Of a stretch of DNA of 26,144 nt, positions 1-8,784 are shown one piece after another. Every line of letters starts with the position of its first letter. Position 1 is the stretch's first letter. A program made the position numbers and the translations under genes. The DNA is taken from positions 1-26,144 of IMG/VR virus record IMGVR_UViG_3300010401_000032; one strand, written 5' to 3'. The stretch comes from a virus. Its lineage: Duplodnaviria; Heunggongvirae; Uroviricota; Caudoviricetes. Below the pieces are notes generated by a model, which had not been told where the DNA came from, made no database searches, and was given only the letters and a program-made list of their open reading frames with translations.

Positions 1-490
1 CAAAAACTTGTGCAATATTTGTACGAGGATAAAAGATTTTTGTATCGGCACAATGAGTCCACCACTTAGCATTAAATCCATTTTGATTATACCAGTTTGT
101 ACATCTTAAATCTGGTGAAAGTAATAGATGTACTCTAGGAGCGGCAACTTTATGATACTTAAAAGCTTGTGGTTCGTCGCCACACTCTTTAATAAGAATA
201 GAGTTAGGAAAATATTGCTTGTCAAATGCTACTGCGTCCCAAGGACCATAATCCATGCAAAAGATTACGTCCGGAATATATTGGCCACGATTATACAACG
301 TGAAAAGCTCATTGATACCCTGATTAGAATACTTACGCATCTTGTCGCGTGGCAACATTCCATCATCGTGATATAAATTAAAATGAGTTACTTCATGTCC
401 ACGAGACATTAGTTCGGCTTTGAATCCCATTGGGGTACTCCAGGATTCCCCAAACTTTTCCCAGGATGCATATAGCATAGCAATCTTCAT
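1..490 (-). CDS. Glycosyltransferase, GT-B fold, CgeB/YkvP-like (3' end beyond window edge)
   Basis: Not in ORF track. ATG at 490 overlaps the upstream TGA (ATGA); frame open to the edge: MKIAMLYASWEK...SRGHEVTHF...PDVIFCMD...WWTHCADTKIFYP. MKI(A), GHEV and H/A-D-xx-I-F-x-P patterns are typical of GT4/CgeB-like enzymes. Confidence 0.7.
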   Translation of the reverse strand, partial: MKIAMLYASWEKFGESWSTPMGFKAELMSRGHEVTHFNLYHDDGMLPRDKMRKYSNQGINELFTLYNRGQYIPDVIFCMDYGPWDAVAFDKQYFPNSILIKECGDEPQAFKYHKVAAPRVHLLLSPDLRCTNWYNQNGFNAKWWTHCADTKIFYPRTNIAQVF

Positions 491-1260
491 TCGAAATCCT
501 CGAATACTCCATGTAGATATCCAGAATCTACCAAGCGTTTTAGTTCTTCGTCTTTGAGCTTAGAAAGTCTTTCGACTTCTACGGCAACTTCCGTCTGAGC
601 ACTCTTTGAAGACATAACGTCAGCTAAATCGACCAAGCTTTGTTTCTGAGAACGCACTTCGTGTAGTCTATCTTTTCTAGACATTTTAAGTTGTTCCATG
701 CCCTTTTGATACAATTTCATGTGCTGATCATATTCTTCTTGGTATTTTTTATCGACGTGCCGTCGATATCTAGGATCAGTTTCTTGTATTTCACCAGATA
801 GGCTTTGATCTCTCCACTGTTCTTCTTTTTCTTTACGGTTTAAGGCTTGAAAAGCAAGAATATATTCCAGTATGGAAGCAAACAATGCCTGTTCTTCAAC
901 CTCCGTCAAAGTCTCCGTTGCCCGCATAGCATTCAAATATTCATCTATAAACACGCTTTTGTCTTCAAGCGTGAAATTCCTGAGGGCCATGCGAAATCGC
1001 GGCGTGGTCTCAAGCCGTGCGGTTATATATTTTAATCGTTCTTCACGGGTCATTTCGTCAAGTGTTTTGGAAACCACTTGATTTTTAGATAATTCTTCTC
1101 TTTTGCTTAAAATGTTTGCTACTGTTCGGTGTGCGTTTTTCGCTGACCAATCCGCTGGAAACTTTTCCGCCATCAGAGAAGCGATCTCTACATTTGATTT
1201 GCCCTGTTGAGCAAATTCGTAGATCATGATCTTTTGTTCCTCAGGAAATATCTTCGGCAT
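487..1260 (-). CDS. Hypothetical protein, N-terminal HTH-like segment and coiled coils
   Basis: 257-aa ORF tightly packed with neighbours; N-term EQKIMIYEFAQQGKSNVEIASLM resembles an HTH. Confidence 0.75.
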   Translation of the reverse strand: MPKIFPEEQKIMIYEFAQQGKSNVEIASLMAEKFPADWSAKNAHRTVANILSKREELSKNQVVSKTLDEMTREERLKYITARLETTPRFRMALRNFTLEDKSVFIDEYLNAMRATETLTEVEEQALFASILEYILAFQALNRKEKEEQWRDQSLSGEIQETDPRYRRHVDKKYQEEYDQHMKLYQKGMEQLKMSRKDRLHEVRSQKQSLVDLADVMSSKSAQTEVAVEVERLSKLKDEELKRLVDSGYLHGVFEDFE

Positions 1261-1831
1261 TATTAATGATCTCCGTTGCTATTTCTCTAATTTGTTTTTT
1301 GATACGAGGAGGAATGTTATCTCCATTCAGTAACTTATCGTAATATGCGTGCAGATGTTTTGGCAATGCATTACGTATACTGGTATCTAACATCATTGCG
1401 TCGACTTCTTCTTCGTGAATGTTGTCGGTGATATCAACCTCCAAAGAATTAGGTTGCTTTAAAGCTGCTTTTGTCGACATGTTTTCGCGATATTTCACGA
1501 TCTTATCACATCCTACTTCATTTATAGTACAAGTCTTGCGTATTCGATCCCATAGTGGACAACGAACGCATGGCGGATTATTTGGAACCCAAATGCCGCG
1601 ACTTTGATTGTATAAGAAATTTTTAATACATACTTGAAGATATTTATAAGGAGAGGGACCTATACGAGTTGAATCATAAAATCGTAATACTCTAATGCAT
1701 TCCATCCTAATTTCCTGTGCAATGTCTTCAAAATCCATCCCAGGAATTGGATACTTTCGCCCCTCTGTATTTATCAAAGCTTCGATGACATCAGAGACTT
1801 CGATATATTCTAACACGCCGCTGGCTGTCAT
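1241..1831 (-). CDS. Sigma-70 region-2-like protein with Cys cluster
   Basis: DFEDIAQEIRMECIRVLRFYD...YKYLQVCIKNFLYN resembles sigma region 2; CVRC..C..C may bind Zn. Confidence 0.6.
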   Translation of the reverse strand: MTASGVLEYIEVSDVIEALINTEGRKYPIPGMDFEDIAQEIRMECIRVLRFYDSTRIGPSPYKYLQVCIKNFLYNQSRGIWVPNNPPCVRCPLWDRIRKTCTINEVGCDKIVKYRENMSTKAALKQPNSLEVDITDNIHEEEVDAMMLDTSIRNALPKHLHAYYDKLLNGDNIPPRIKKQIREIATEIINNAEDIS

Positions 1832-1834
1832 ATA

Positions 1835-2110
1835 TCAATTTGTCTCGTCTTCGTCATTCTCTTGTTCTGGCTCTTCTTTTGATTCAGCAATAATTTGCTT
1901 TTCTTCTGCTTTTGTTTTTGGTTTTTCTTTTACGACTTCTACGGGCTTGAAATTTGGAGAAGCCTTTGCAAGACCAACTATTTTCTCAGCAGGGATATCG
2001 CCGGTAGCTTTTTGAGGCGGCGTTTTAACAATAGGATCTTCGCCTCTTGAATGATCAGCAACGTGACCACCATTATTAACTGTCACTCGATCGATGTTAT
2101 TTTTGTTCAT
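1835..2110 (-). CDS. Hypothetical protein, low-complexity acidic tail
   Basis: 91-aa ORF packed between co-oriented genes. Confidence 0.65.
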   Translation of the reverse strand: MNKNNIDRVTVNNGGHVADHSRGEDPIVKTPPQKATGDIPAEKIVGLAKASPNFKPVEVVKEKPKTKAEEKQIIAESKEEPEQENDEDETN

Positions 2111-2366
2111 TTATTTTCTCCTGTGAATCACAAAAACGATTTACTAAATCATGCATGGTTTCTCTTAGTCCGGCACCGCCGTTACTTAAGATAAAGTAAC
2201 CAGTCTGATCTCGTACCGTTTCACAAATCTTAATTCCAGAATACTCTGCTTTAGCTAAAGTCTGTGGACCAACTCCAACCATCTTAAAATAAATCATAAC
2301 GACATCATTCGGTATGGGTTTATTAAACTCTATTAGATTTTGTTCTGAAGATACGATTGTTTCCAT
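2097..2366 (-). CDS. Hypothetical protein
   Basis: 89-aa ORF, first gene of the minus-strand block. Confidence 0.65.
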   Translation of the reverse strand: METIVSSEQNLIEFNKPIPNDVVMIYFKMVGVGPQTLAKAEYSGIKICETVRDQTGYFILSNGGAGLRETMHDLVNRFCDSQEKINEQK

Positions 2367-2572
2367 AAAGTGGGTGACAACTATGCTGTTTTATGTCATA
2401 ATAGCCCATAGCTATTGGGGCAATTAGAGAGCGGAGCGACCTTGGATTAAGAAGTAACGTCGACTTAAAGTTTAGTCGACTACTATAGATAGTACGGTAT
2501 ATTGTCTTTTTTCCCTTTTTAAGCTGTTACTTTCATTTTTAGAGTATTTTTGATATATATTATCTATAGCTC

Positions 2573-2601
2573 TTGTACGGTCTTTGGACTGTACTTAAAA
2601 T
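2573..2601 (+). promoter_or_regulatory. Sigma-70-type promoter
   Basis: TTGTAC-17-TAAAAT upstream of ATG 2615; imperfect palindrome GTACGGTC-TTTG-GACTGTAC in the spacer. Confidence 0.45.
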
Positions 2602-2614
2602 GAAAGAAGGGTAT

Positions 2615-3322
2615 ATGAAGACGAAACTTGTTTTGGTCTGTCTTGTTGTGTTGGCCCTGGGTTCCGTTTTGACTGGACAACACTTTATGGAGAATGCCGG
2701 CGTTAAGAAGATTGTTAATGCCCCGCAAGAAGACTATACGGTTTCAATAGAGTTTGTTATAGATCAGCGTCAAGTTAATCAATATCCCGTGGTTACTGAT
2801 GCTTTTATGAGAGCGGTAGAGACTTGGGCCGGTGCCGTTCCGATTCGTGCGACGGTGTATATCGAAAATCCAGTCGGATTTATCTGGCACATTGAAACGC
2901 ACTGGCGAGATCGTCCCGGAGTGATCGAAGTCCTTTTAGACGATTTACAATCGCCACCTTATTCTGCTGGTGAAGAACTTATAGGCTTATGGAAGCCGGA
3001 AGTAGATAGACTTCTATTAGACGCTGACAGGCTTGAAAAAGATCCGGCTTTAGCATACGCCGTTGCTTTGCACGAACTCGGTCATGCTTTCGGAGTCCCT
3101 CATATCGTTGGCGAGGATAAGTCTGCATTAACTGGATATATCGTTGTACCGATTCCAGACGACAAAGCACAGGAATACGTCATGTACCCTTTCAAGAGTA
3201 ATGACAAGAAGCAAGATACTTTATCGCCAGTGGAGATAGACATAGCACGTTGGCACATTATGCATGTCCTGACAGACCCCACAAACAAAAGTGTGGGTTG
3301 TAGCCTGACAAGAACGCCGTAA
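2615..3322 (+). CDS. Secreted/membrane-anchored zinc metalloprotease (metzincin, matrixin-like)
   Basis: HELGHAFGVPH (HExxHxxGxxH) and Met-turn VMYP; hydrophobic N-terminus MKTKLVLVCLVVLALG. Start moved to ATG 2615 (GAAGGG upstream). Confidence 0.85.
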   Translation: MKTKLVLVCLVVLALGSVLTGQHFMENAGVKKIVNAPQEDYTVSIEFVIDQRQVNQYPVVTDAFMRAVETWAGAVPIRATVYIENPVGFIWHIETHWRDRPGVIEVLLDDLQSPPYSAGEELIGLWKPEVDRLLLDADRLEKDPALAYAVALHELGHAFGVPHIVGEDKSALTGYIVVPIPDDKAQEYVMYPFKSNDKKQDTLSPVEIDIARWHIMHVLTDPTNKSVGCSLTRTP

Positions 3323-3332
3323 TACGTATAAT
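3305..3332 (+). promoter_or_regulatory. Sigma-70-type promoter
   Basis: CTGACA-16-TATAAT; GAGG RBS before ATG 3349. Confidence 0.6.
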
Positions 3333-3348
3333 ACCGAAGAGGTATCAT

Positions 3349-3597
3349 ATGTACAGAATGCGTTACGCATACGAAGTTAGCGTTAAAAAGGGTGTCGTAT
3401 CTATTTCCGAGCCGCTTGGAATTGAAAAACCCGAACAGCTTAAGATTGCTGGACTTACAAAGTCGGCCCTTAGGCACTGGGTCAAAGAAAAAGTTAAACA
3501 AAATCCTACTTTAGTCGATTCTTCTTTGATTGTTCGTTCTAAGTATACTGAGACGTCTCACGGCATCGCCTTAGAGTTTAAAATCGCCAATGGATGA
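3349..3597 (+). CDS. Hypothetical protein
   Basis: 82-aa ORF with promoter and RBS. Confidence 0.7.
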   Translation: MYRMRYAYEVSVKKGVVSISEPLGIEKPEQLKIAGLTKSALRHWVKEKVKQNPTLVDSSLIVRSKYTETSHGIALEFKIANG

Positions 3598-3862
3598 AAT
3601 CAGCAGAGCTATAAATAATCCTGCCGTTAAAGCCGGCTTGATGCTAGTTGCACCAGAAATAGTCTTTGGTGTCCAGGCTGTCGTAGGATTGTTTAGCGTT
3701 TGGACAAAACATAAGCCCGATGCCCACGACATCCTATCTATCATTGATAGACAAGTAGCGTCTATGATAGAAGAACTATCTACATCAAAATCTAAATTAA
3801 GAAGAGAAGAATTAGAAATACGCATTCATACTTTGCTGGGCGTCTTGACCAAAGTTAAATAA
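3590..3862 (+). CDS. Hypothetical protein (hydrophobic helix plus coiled coil)
   Basis: 90-aa ORF overlapping both neighbours. Confidence 0.7.
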   Translation: MDEISRAINNPAVKAGLMLVAPEIVFGVQAVVGLFSVWTKHKPDAHDILSIIDRQVASMIEELSTSKSKLRREELEIRIHTLLGVLTKVK

Positions 3863-4302
3863 TGCAGTATAAAATCGGTAATATTTGGGATCGCTCGGAC
3901 GGCTGGATTGTCGTCACGACAAATATGATGATTAAGAATAACAATACTGCCGTGATGGGAGCAGGGATCGCAAAAGAAGCTGCTACTCGCAATAAAGAAT
4001 TGCCAGCTAAGTTAGCAACACATATTCATCGTCGGGGAACGGCACTCTTCTATTGTAAGCCCTATATTTGCTTACCGACTAAGATAGACTGGAAGGATAA
4101 TTCGATTATCGAACTTATCGAAGATGGCTGTAAAGAGTTAGCTGATTTTGGCGAACTTCTCACGCAATTAAACTGCCGAGATCAAATCTATCTGCCACAA
4201 CTAGGATGCGGTCTTGGCGGACTAAACTGGGAACGCGAAGTTAGACCAATTGTTGATTCAATACTCGACTCTGATCGTTTTGTGTTAGTGAGTAGAGAAT
4301 GA
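3862..4302 (+). CDS. Macro domain protein, TARG1/DarG-like ADP-ribosyl hydrolase
   Basis: GNIW...IVVTTN...VMGAGIAK...LPTKIDWK...LPQLGCGLGGLNW match the phage Macro/TARG1 pattern. Confidence 0.85.
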   Translation: MQYKIGNIWDRSDGWIVVTTNMMIKNNNTAVMGAGIAKEAATRNKELPAKLATHIHRRGTALFYCKPYICLPTKIDWKDNSIIELIEDGCKELADFGELLTQLNCRDQIYLPQLGCGLGGLNWEREVRPIVDSILDSDRFVLVSRE

Positions 4303-4742
4303 CACTATACTACATATATAATGTCAAGACCGATAATGGTGAACGAGTACATGCCATGGTTGAAGATCCATTGGCCTTTGCTAGAACCGAATTTAATGCT
4401 AATACAATGGAATTCAGTGGTGTTTCTATAGAGGCAGAGACACCGCAAATAGCACAACAGATTTATCTACATCCTACTGATGGTCAAATGTGTGCCTGCG
4501 AAGAACCACTTCCAACACAACTAAAAAGAATACTTGGTTCAAGTGAAAATTTAGAAAAAATAACGCTTCTAACGAAGCAGATAATAATGAACTTGATCCA
4601 CATCAGCGATCAGCTTTCAACGCTTTCTCGCTGTCTAAATGAAATAGAGCCCGACATTCTACCGCAAGAATTTTATGCCCAACTCAAACAACAATACATC
4701 GCCGAATTCTTTAGACTACACTACCGATCTCATGATGGCTAG
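4299..4742 (+). CDS. Hypothetical protein
   Basis: 147-aa ORF, ATGA-coupled to the Macro gene. Confidence 0.7.
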   Translation: MTLYYIYNVKTDNGERVHAMVEDPLAFARTEFNANTMEFSGVSIEAETPQIAQQIYLHPTDGQMCACEEPLPTQLKRILGSSENLEKITLLTKQIIMNLIHISDQLSTLSRCLNEIEPDILPQEFYAQLKQQYIAEFFRLHYRSHDG

Positions 4743-4962
4743 ACTGAACGGACGTCACGCCGTTCAGCAAAATCTTGGTGCATTACGCTCGCACGCCTCA
4801 ATAGCCGCTCACGACAACAAAGATATTAACGAAGAAACTTTTTTCAACGATCTGTCGGCGAAGTGGCTTGATGGCGTTAAATATGAACTTGGTCTAATTT
4901 TCGGCGTAGAAAAAGCAACAGAATTATTGGATGTGCTTTATGGCAAAACAAGAGTCACTTGA
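4732..4962 (+). CDS. Hypothetical protein
   Basis: ORF-track frame 4675; start moved to ATG 4732 to minimise overlap. Confidence 0.6.
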   Translation: MMARLNGRHAVQQNLGALRSHASIAAHDNKDINEETFFNDLSAKWLDGVKYELGLIFGVEKATELLDVLYGKTRVT

Positions 4963-5473
4963 CAGGGCGTACATAGGATGTGCCGCCCTAATTGGCGAAC
5001 TTTCACATGCCGTACGTAAGAAGGTCGGATGTATCATAGTTTCCGCTAAGGGCAATCATATCATTGCCGAAGGGTTTAATGGTACGCCCAGTGGATTTGA
5101 CAATTGTTGTGAAATCTTTGTAGCACACGATTACCAAGATAGTGATGGCTCTCATAAGATTTGTACAAAATGCTTTAGGAGTTGGCAGCTAAATGATATA
5201 ATCTGTTACTCAAAAACTAAAGATGAAGTTATTCACGCAGAAGCTAACGCACTTGCAAAAATTGCCAGATCTAATAATAGCTCCGAAGGGGCTACCTTAT
5301 ATTGTACGCTCATGCCTTGCTTTGAATGTGCGAAGCAAATTATACAAGCCGGCATTAAGAGAGTCGTCTATTTAGAGCACTATCCATATCCTGGACACAC
5401 GGGCATAGTTAGGACGCCCGGCTTAGAATTATTATTAAAAGCTCAGATACAGGTTGACAAGCTTACCGATTAG
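4940..5473 (+). CDS. dCMP deaminase family protein
   Basis: KKVGCII, GFNGTPSG, HAEANA and PCFEC zinc-deaminase motifs. Confidence 0.92.
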   Translation: MAKQESLDRAYIGCAALIGELSHAVRKKVGCIIVSAKGNHIIAEGFNGTPSGFDNCCEIFVAHDYQDSDGSHKICTKCFRSWQLNDIICYSKTKDEVIHAEANALAKIARSNNSSEGATLYCTLMPCFECAKQIIQAGIKRVVYLEHYPYPGHTGIVRTPGLELLLKAQIQVDKLTD

Positions 5474-5490
5474 AGCGATAACGTAGTATT

Positions 5491-5943
5491 ATGCTCGAAC
5501 GTATAGCCGAATGGCTAAAAAGGCATGGTCGATATCGTATGATCCCCCGAGATCATAACGAAAAATACTTAGAACGTTTCTACCTCCTATCCACGAAGTG
5601 GCTAGGGGTATATCTACACTGCTTTTGGGCAGACGACGACGATGGATTACACGATCATCCATGGTATTCGATGAGCCTGCCACTTCGTGGAGGATTCTTG
5701 GAAGAAATGCCCGAGCGTCAAAGTGTTCCGTGTGGACCTACAGTCACTAAGTTTCGCAGACCTCTTGTTCCTGTATTACGCAGTAAGTATGCGGCACACC
5801 GTATTACGTTGCCCGCCGGCAAAGCCGGTAATGTTTGGAGCTTATTTATAAGATTTGGTCTGAAACGCCGCACGTGGGGATTCTATAGAAATGGTACATG
5901 GGAACCGGCAGCGTTTCAATCAAGAAAAGAAATGACTTCGTAA
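5491..5943 (+). CDS. Phage cupin-like protein with HDHPW motif
   Basis: YLERFYL...VYLHCF...DDDGLHDHPWYSMSL.LRGG.LE...HRI is a recurrent phage family; cupin fold inferred. Confidence 0.6.
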   Translation: MLERIAEWLKRHGRYRMIPRDHNEKYLERFYLLSTKWLGVYLHCFWADDDDGLHDHPWYSMSLPLRGGFLEEMPERQSVPCGPTVTKFRRPLVPVLRSKYAAHRITLPAGKAGNVWSLFIRFGLKRRTWGFYRNGTWEPAAFQSRKEMTS

Positions 5944-6413
5944 TGAAGGTGTATGCATTAGTACGTAAACACTTTGATTGGTGGCACCTGATAGGTATCT
6001 ATGAAACGGCACAATTAGCTCATGTTGATCTAGAGTATATTAAAAAAGAAATGATGAAGCGGCCCAATTATCAAACGGCTTTTCTTGCTGGATCGGACGA
6101 ACACGGTAGCCCTTATCAAAGATATTATCAATGTACAGAAATAGAAAAATTCGGCGACGATGAAGAGTGGCATAATGTAGCCATATGGTATATAGAAGAA
6201 AGAAATCTTGAAAATATTGCTGTAGAAGAAAAGATATCTAGAATTAAAAAATGGCAAAAAACTAAAGAAGGTAAGTCGCGACCGCATCTTTCAGGAAAGC
6301 CAGAAATAGATTATCTGGAAAATTTAGTTCTCAGGTGTTCAAAATGCATGCATACTCAGCATGTGCCGGAAATGACCTATGAAGATAGCAGTAACGGGCC
6401 ACCGCCCCAATAA
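5943..6413 (+). CDS. Hypothetical protein
   Basis: TAATG coupling at 5941-5945; C-terminal CSKC. Confidence 0.7.
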   Translation: MKVYALVRKHFDWWHLIGIYETAQLAHVDLEYIKKEMMKRPNYQTAFLAGSDEHGSPYQRYYQCTEIEKFGDDEEWHNVAIWYIEERNLENIAVEEKISRIKKWQKTKEGKSRPHLSGKPEIDYLENLVLRCSKCMHTQHVPEMTYEDSSNGPPPQ

Positions 6414-6852
6414 ACTAGGCGGCTTTGACGCCCAGGAAGCTCACCGTGCTATCCGCAGGCACATGCGGGATCTTTTACAGAAACATGACAACCCGGAATT
6501 AATTTCCGGCGGTGCCCTTGGAATAGATCAAATGTGGATCCAAGTGGGACTTTATCTCGACCTAAAGATAACAGCAGTTCTTCCTTTTAAAGGCTACAAC
6601 GAAAAATGGCCACTGCGTTCGCAGATAGAATATCAAGAATTACTTGACCAATGTAAGGAAGTAAGATATATTGCTGATGAATTCAGTATGGCCGCCTACC
6701 AGAAACGCAATGAATGGATGGTAGACAATAGCGATCTTCTGATTGCTTACTGGAATGGGTCTAATGGTGGAACCGCAAATTGTGTACAATATGCCCGCAA
6801 TACAAACCGCAATATTCTAATTTTCAATACAGATGCATTTCTTAAAATATAG
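6379..6852 (+). CDS. YspA/DUF1273-like SLOG family protein
   Basis: IAVTGHRP, ISGGALGIDQ, RNEWMVDNSD, WNGSNGGTANCV. Confidence 0.88.
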   Translation: MKIAVTGHRPNKLGGFDAQEAHRAIRRHMRDLLQKHDNPELISGGALGIDQMWIQVGLYLDLKITAVLPFKGYNEKWPLRSQIEYQELLDQCKEVRYIADEFSMAAYQKRNEWMVDNSDLLIAYWNGSNGGTANCVQYARNTNRNILIFNTDAFLKI

Positions 6853-7396
6853 TTTTCTGATTTTCCTAGGTGCTTGTGCCGCACCTCACGTTGACCTAAT
6901 GGCCGGCGTGAGAAATTTTGATGGTGCCTGGGAACAGATGGACGTACAACCCGCAGTAGCCGCACAGGTGAATACCGCTTCGCCAAACGGATTTGGTGCA
7001 GAATGTGGTTTTATAGCCAGTTCTGATACATCATATGATGGAACATATGTCAATCGACAAGCTAATCATGCTAGCTCGTCCGTACACGAGATATTTATTG
7101 GAGCAAGAAAGAACTTTCTACTGAGTGAAAAGCTACAATTTTTCCTAAGTGCCGGAGAGTCTTATGCTTCATTAAATACGAGTGTGGATCTTGCGTATAA
7201 TGACAATACCGTTTCGCGTAAAACTGAATCGCTATCGCCTTATGCACAAGCAGGATTAAACTTGTTCGTTGGTCATAATTATACTATCGGTATTCTAGTA
7301 CGACGCGATTTTTGGTCAGAAGGTCACAATATGTTCGAAATCGAACCTCTTGCCGATAGTACTTCTGGCTTCTTAACATTTGGATATAGCTTTTAA
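6833..7396 (+). CDS. Outer-membrane beta-barrel protein (about 8 strands) with lipobox-like signal
   Basis: Signal LIFLGAC; alternating amphipathic strands; C-terminal FLTFGYSF with terminal Phe (Bam signal). Confidence 0.7.
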   Translation: MHFLKYSFLIFLGACAAPHVDLMAGVRNFDGAWEQMDVQPAVAAQVNTASPNGFGAECGFIASSDTSYDGTYVNRQANHASSSVHEIFIGARKNFLLSEKLQFFLSAGESYASLNTSVDLAYNDNTVSRKTESLSPYAQAGLNLFVGHNYTIGILVRRDFWSEGHNMFEIEPLADSTSGFLTFGYSF

Positions 7397-7397
7397 T

Positions 7398-7682
7398 ATG
7401 AAAACACTTGCAATAGTTTTAGTGGCGGCTCTCGCGTTAGCAGGCTCTTTCGGAGCAGGCATGACGACGGGAAAACGCATGTCTCACGTTCCGGAACAGA
7501 AGATCCCGATTGGCTTCACTTTCAATATGCCCTGTGAAGAGCACGGCAGCCATGTCGGTAAAGTCCTGGATTCCTCTTTGGTCAGAATTTACAAACTCAA
7601 TAGGGATGACGGCGAAGAAGCCTCATTTCCGGAATCAGATCTACTTGATTTCTTCAACGCTATTGGCGTGACAGTAAAGTAG
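7398..7682 (+). CDS. Membrane-anchored/secreted hypothetical protein
   Basis: MKTLAIVLVAALALAG signal-like N-terminus; start at ATG 7398. Confidence 0.7.
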   Translation: MKTLAIVLVAALALAGSFGAGMTTGKRMSHVPEQKIPIGFTFNMPCEEHGSHVGKVLDSSLVRIYKLNRDDGEEASFPESDLLDFFNAIGVTVK

Positions 7683-7827
7683 TGTGACAAGAGACCGGAT
7701 GTTATATATAACGCTTGTACCCGCAAGCGTGATCCGGATTTTAGCCCCACCATACACGTGGGATAATAAGAGACGCTTACTTAAAAAAGAAAAGAGATTC
7801 GTTTTCTCAAGAAACGGAATAGATATA

Positions 7828-8784
7828 GTGTCAAAACCAAAACAAATGATTTGCCAAATAAAATTTGGCAGCCACCTATACGGGACAGCAACCGAGAAGT
7901 CTGATATAGACTTTAAGGGTATATTTCTACCTACGGTAGAGGAAATCTTCTTAGGTAGAATTCCAAAAACTTTTGCCGACGGAACGAGTGATGACTCTCG
8001 CAAGAATCTTCCCGGCGAGGAAGATAGCCAATTCTATTCATTACACCACTTCTTGAGATTGGCCGCTCAGGGACAGACTGTCGCCATCGATATGTTGTTT
8101 GCTCCCGAAAATTGCATTTTTAAAGATCCACAATTTGGTTGGATTTGGGACGAGATAGTAAAGAATCGCCAAAAACTGCTTTCAAAAGATATGAATGCGT
8201 TTATTGGCTATGCTCGGGGACAAGCTTTTAAGTATTCATTAAAAGGCGAACGTCTTACGAAGCTTCACGATTTTGTTACGGTTTTACAAGGCGTAACTGA
8301 TGGTCCACTATCTAAAGTTTGGATAACACTACCGAAGGATGCGGAACGTATTAATCCGCAAGGAATCCGCGAATTACAAATTGGTGGAAAATGGTTCGGT
8401 GAGTCTACTGCTAGTCGCTTAGTGCTAGACGCTATAAATAAACAAATTGCACGGTACGGAGTACGAGCCAACGCCACTGCTGACGCGGGCGGAATCGACT
8501 GGAAGGCTTTGTCGCACGCGGTGCGTGTGACAAAAGAACTCGTGGAACTGATTTCATTTAAGACCATCACATTTCCATTAAAAGACGCGGAACTAATTCT
8601 CGCAATTAAAAAAGGCGAAGTACCTTTAGAAAAAGTTCAACAGATACTAGACGCTGATTTTGCATTTGTTGAATTTCAAGCACATCAATCAACATTACCA
8701 GATTCAGTAGATATGAAATGGTGCGATCAGTTCCTTTTCGATATAGTGCAAAGAAGCGTACATGACAATATTCTTCACGTCTGA
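7828..8784 (+). CDS. nrdC.11: Pol-beta superfamily nucleotidyltransferase (RlaP / T4 NrdC.11-like)
   Basis: FGSHLYGTATEKSDIDFKGIF, YSLHHFLRLAAQGQTVAIDMLF, IDWKALSHAVR recall T4 NrdC.11. Start probably GTG 7828 or ATG 7846, not 7684. Confidence 0.85.
   Translation: MSKPKQMICQIKFGSHLYGTATEKSDIDFKGIFLPTVEEIFLGRIPKTFADGTSDDSRKNLPGEEDSQFYSLHHFLRLAAQGQTVAIDMLFAPENCIFKDPQFGWIWDEIVKNRQKLLSKDMNAFIGYARGQAFKYSLKGERLTKLHDFVTVLQGVTDGPLSKVWITLPKDAERINPQGIRELQIGGKWFGESTASRLVLDAINKQIARYGVRANATADAGGIDWKALSHAVRVTKELVELISFKTITFPLKDAELILAIKKGEVPLEKVQQILDADFAFVEFQAHQSTLPDSVDMKWCDQFLFDIVQRSVHDNILHV

Noticed and set aside
128-376. 82-aa plus-strand ORF
   Set aside because: Antisense to the glycosyltransferase gene, which has better motifs and coupling.
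5100-5220. Cys/His-rich insert in the dCMP deaminase
   Set aside because: This position is variable across the family; no specific support for a new domain.
7680-7767. 27 further in-frame codons after the TAG of the 7398 gene, suggesting amber recoding
   Set aside because: TAG ends many tightly coupled genes here (4742, 5473, 6852), so the standard code fits.
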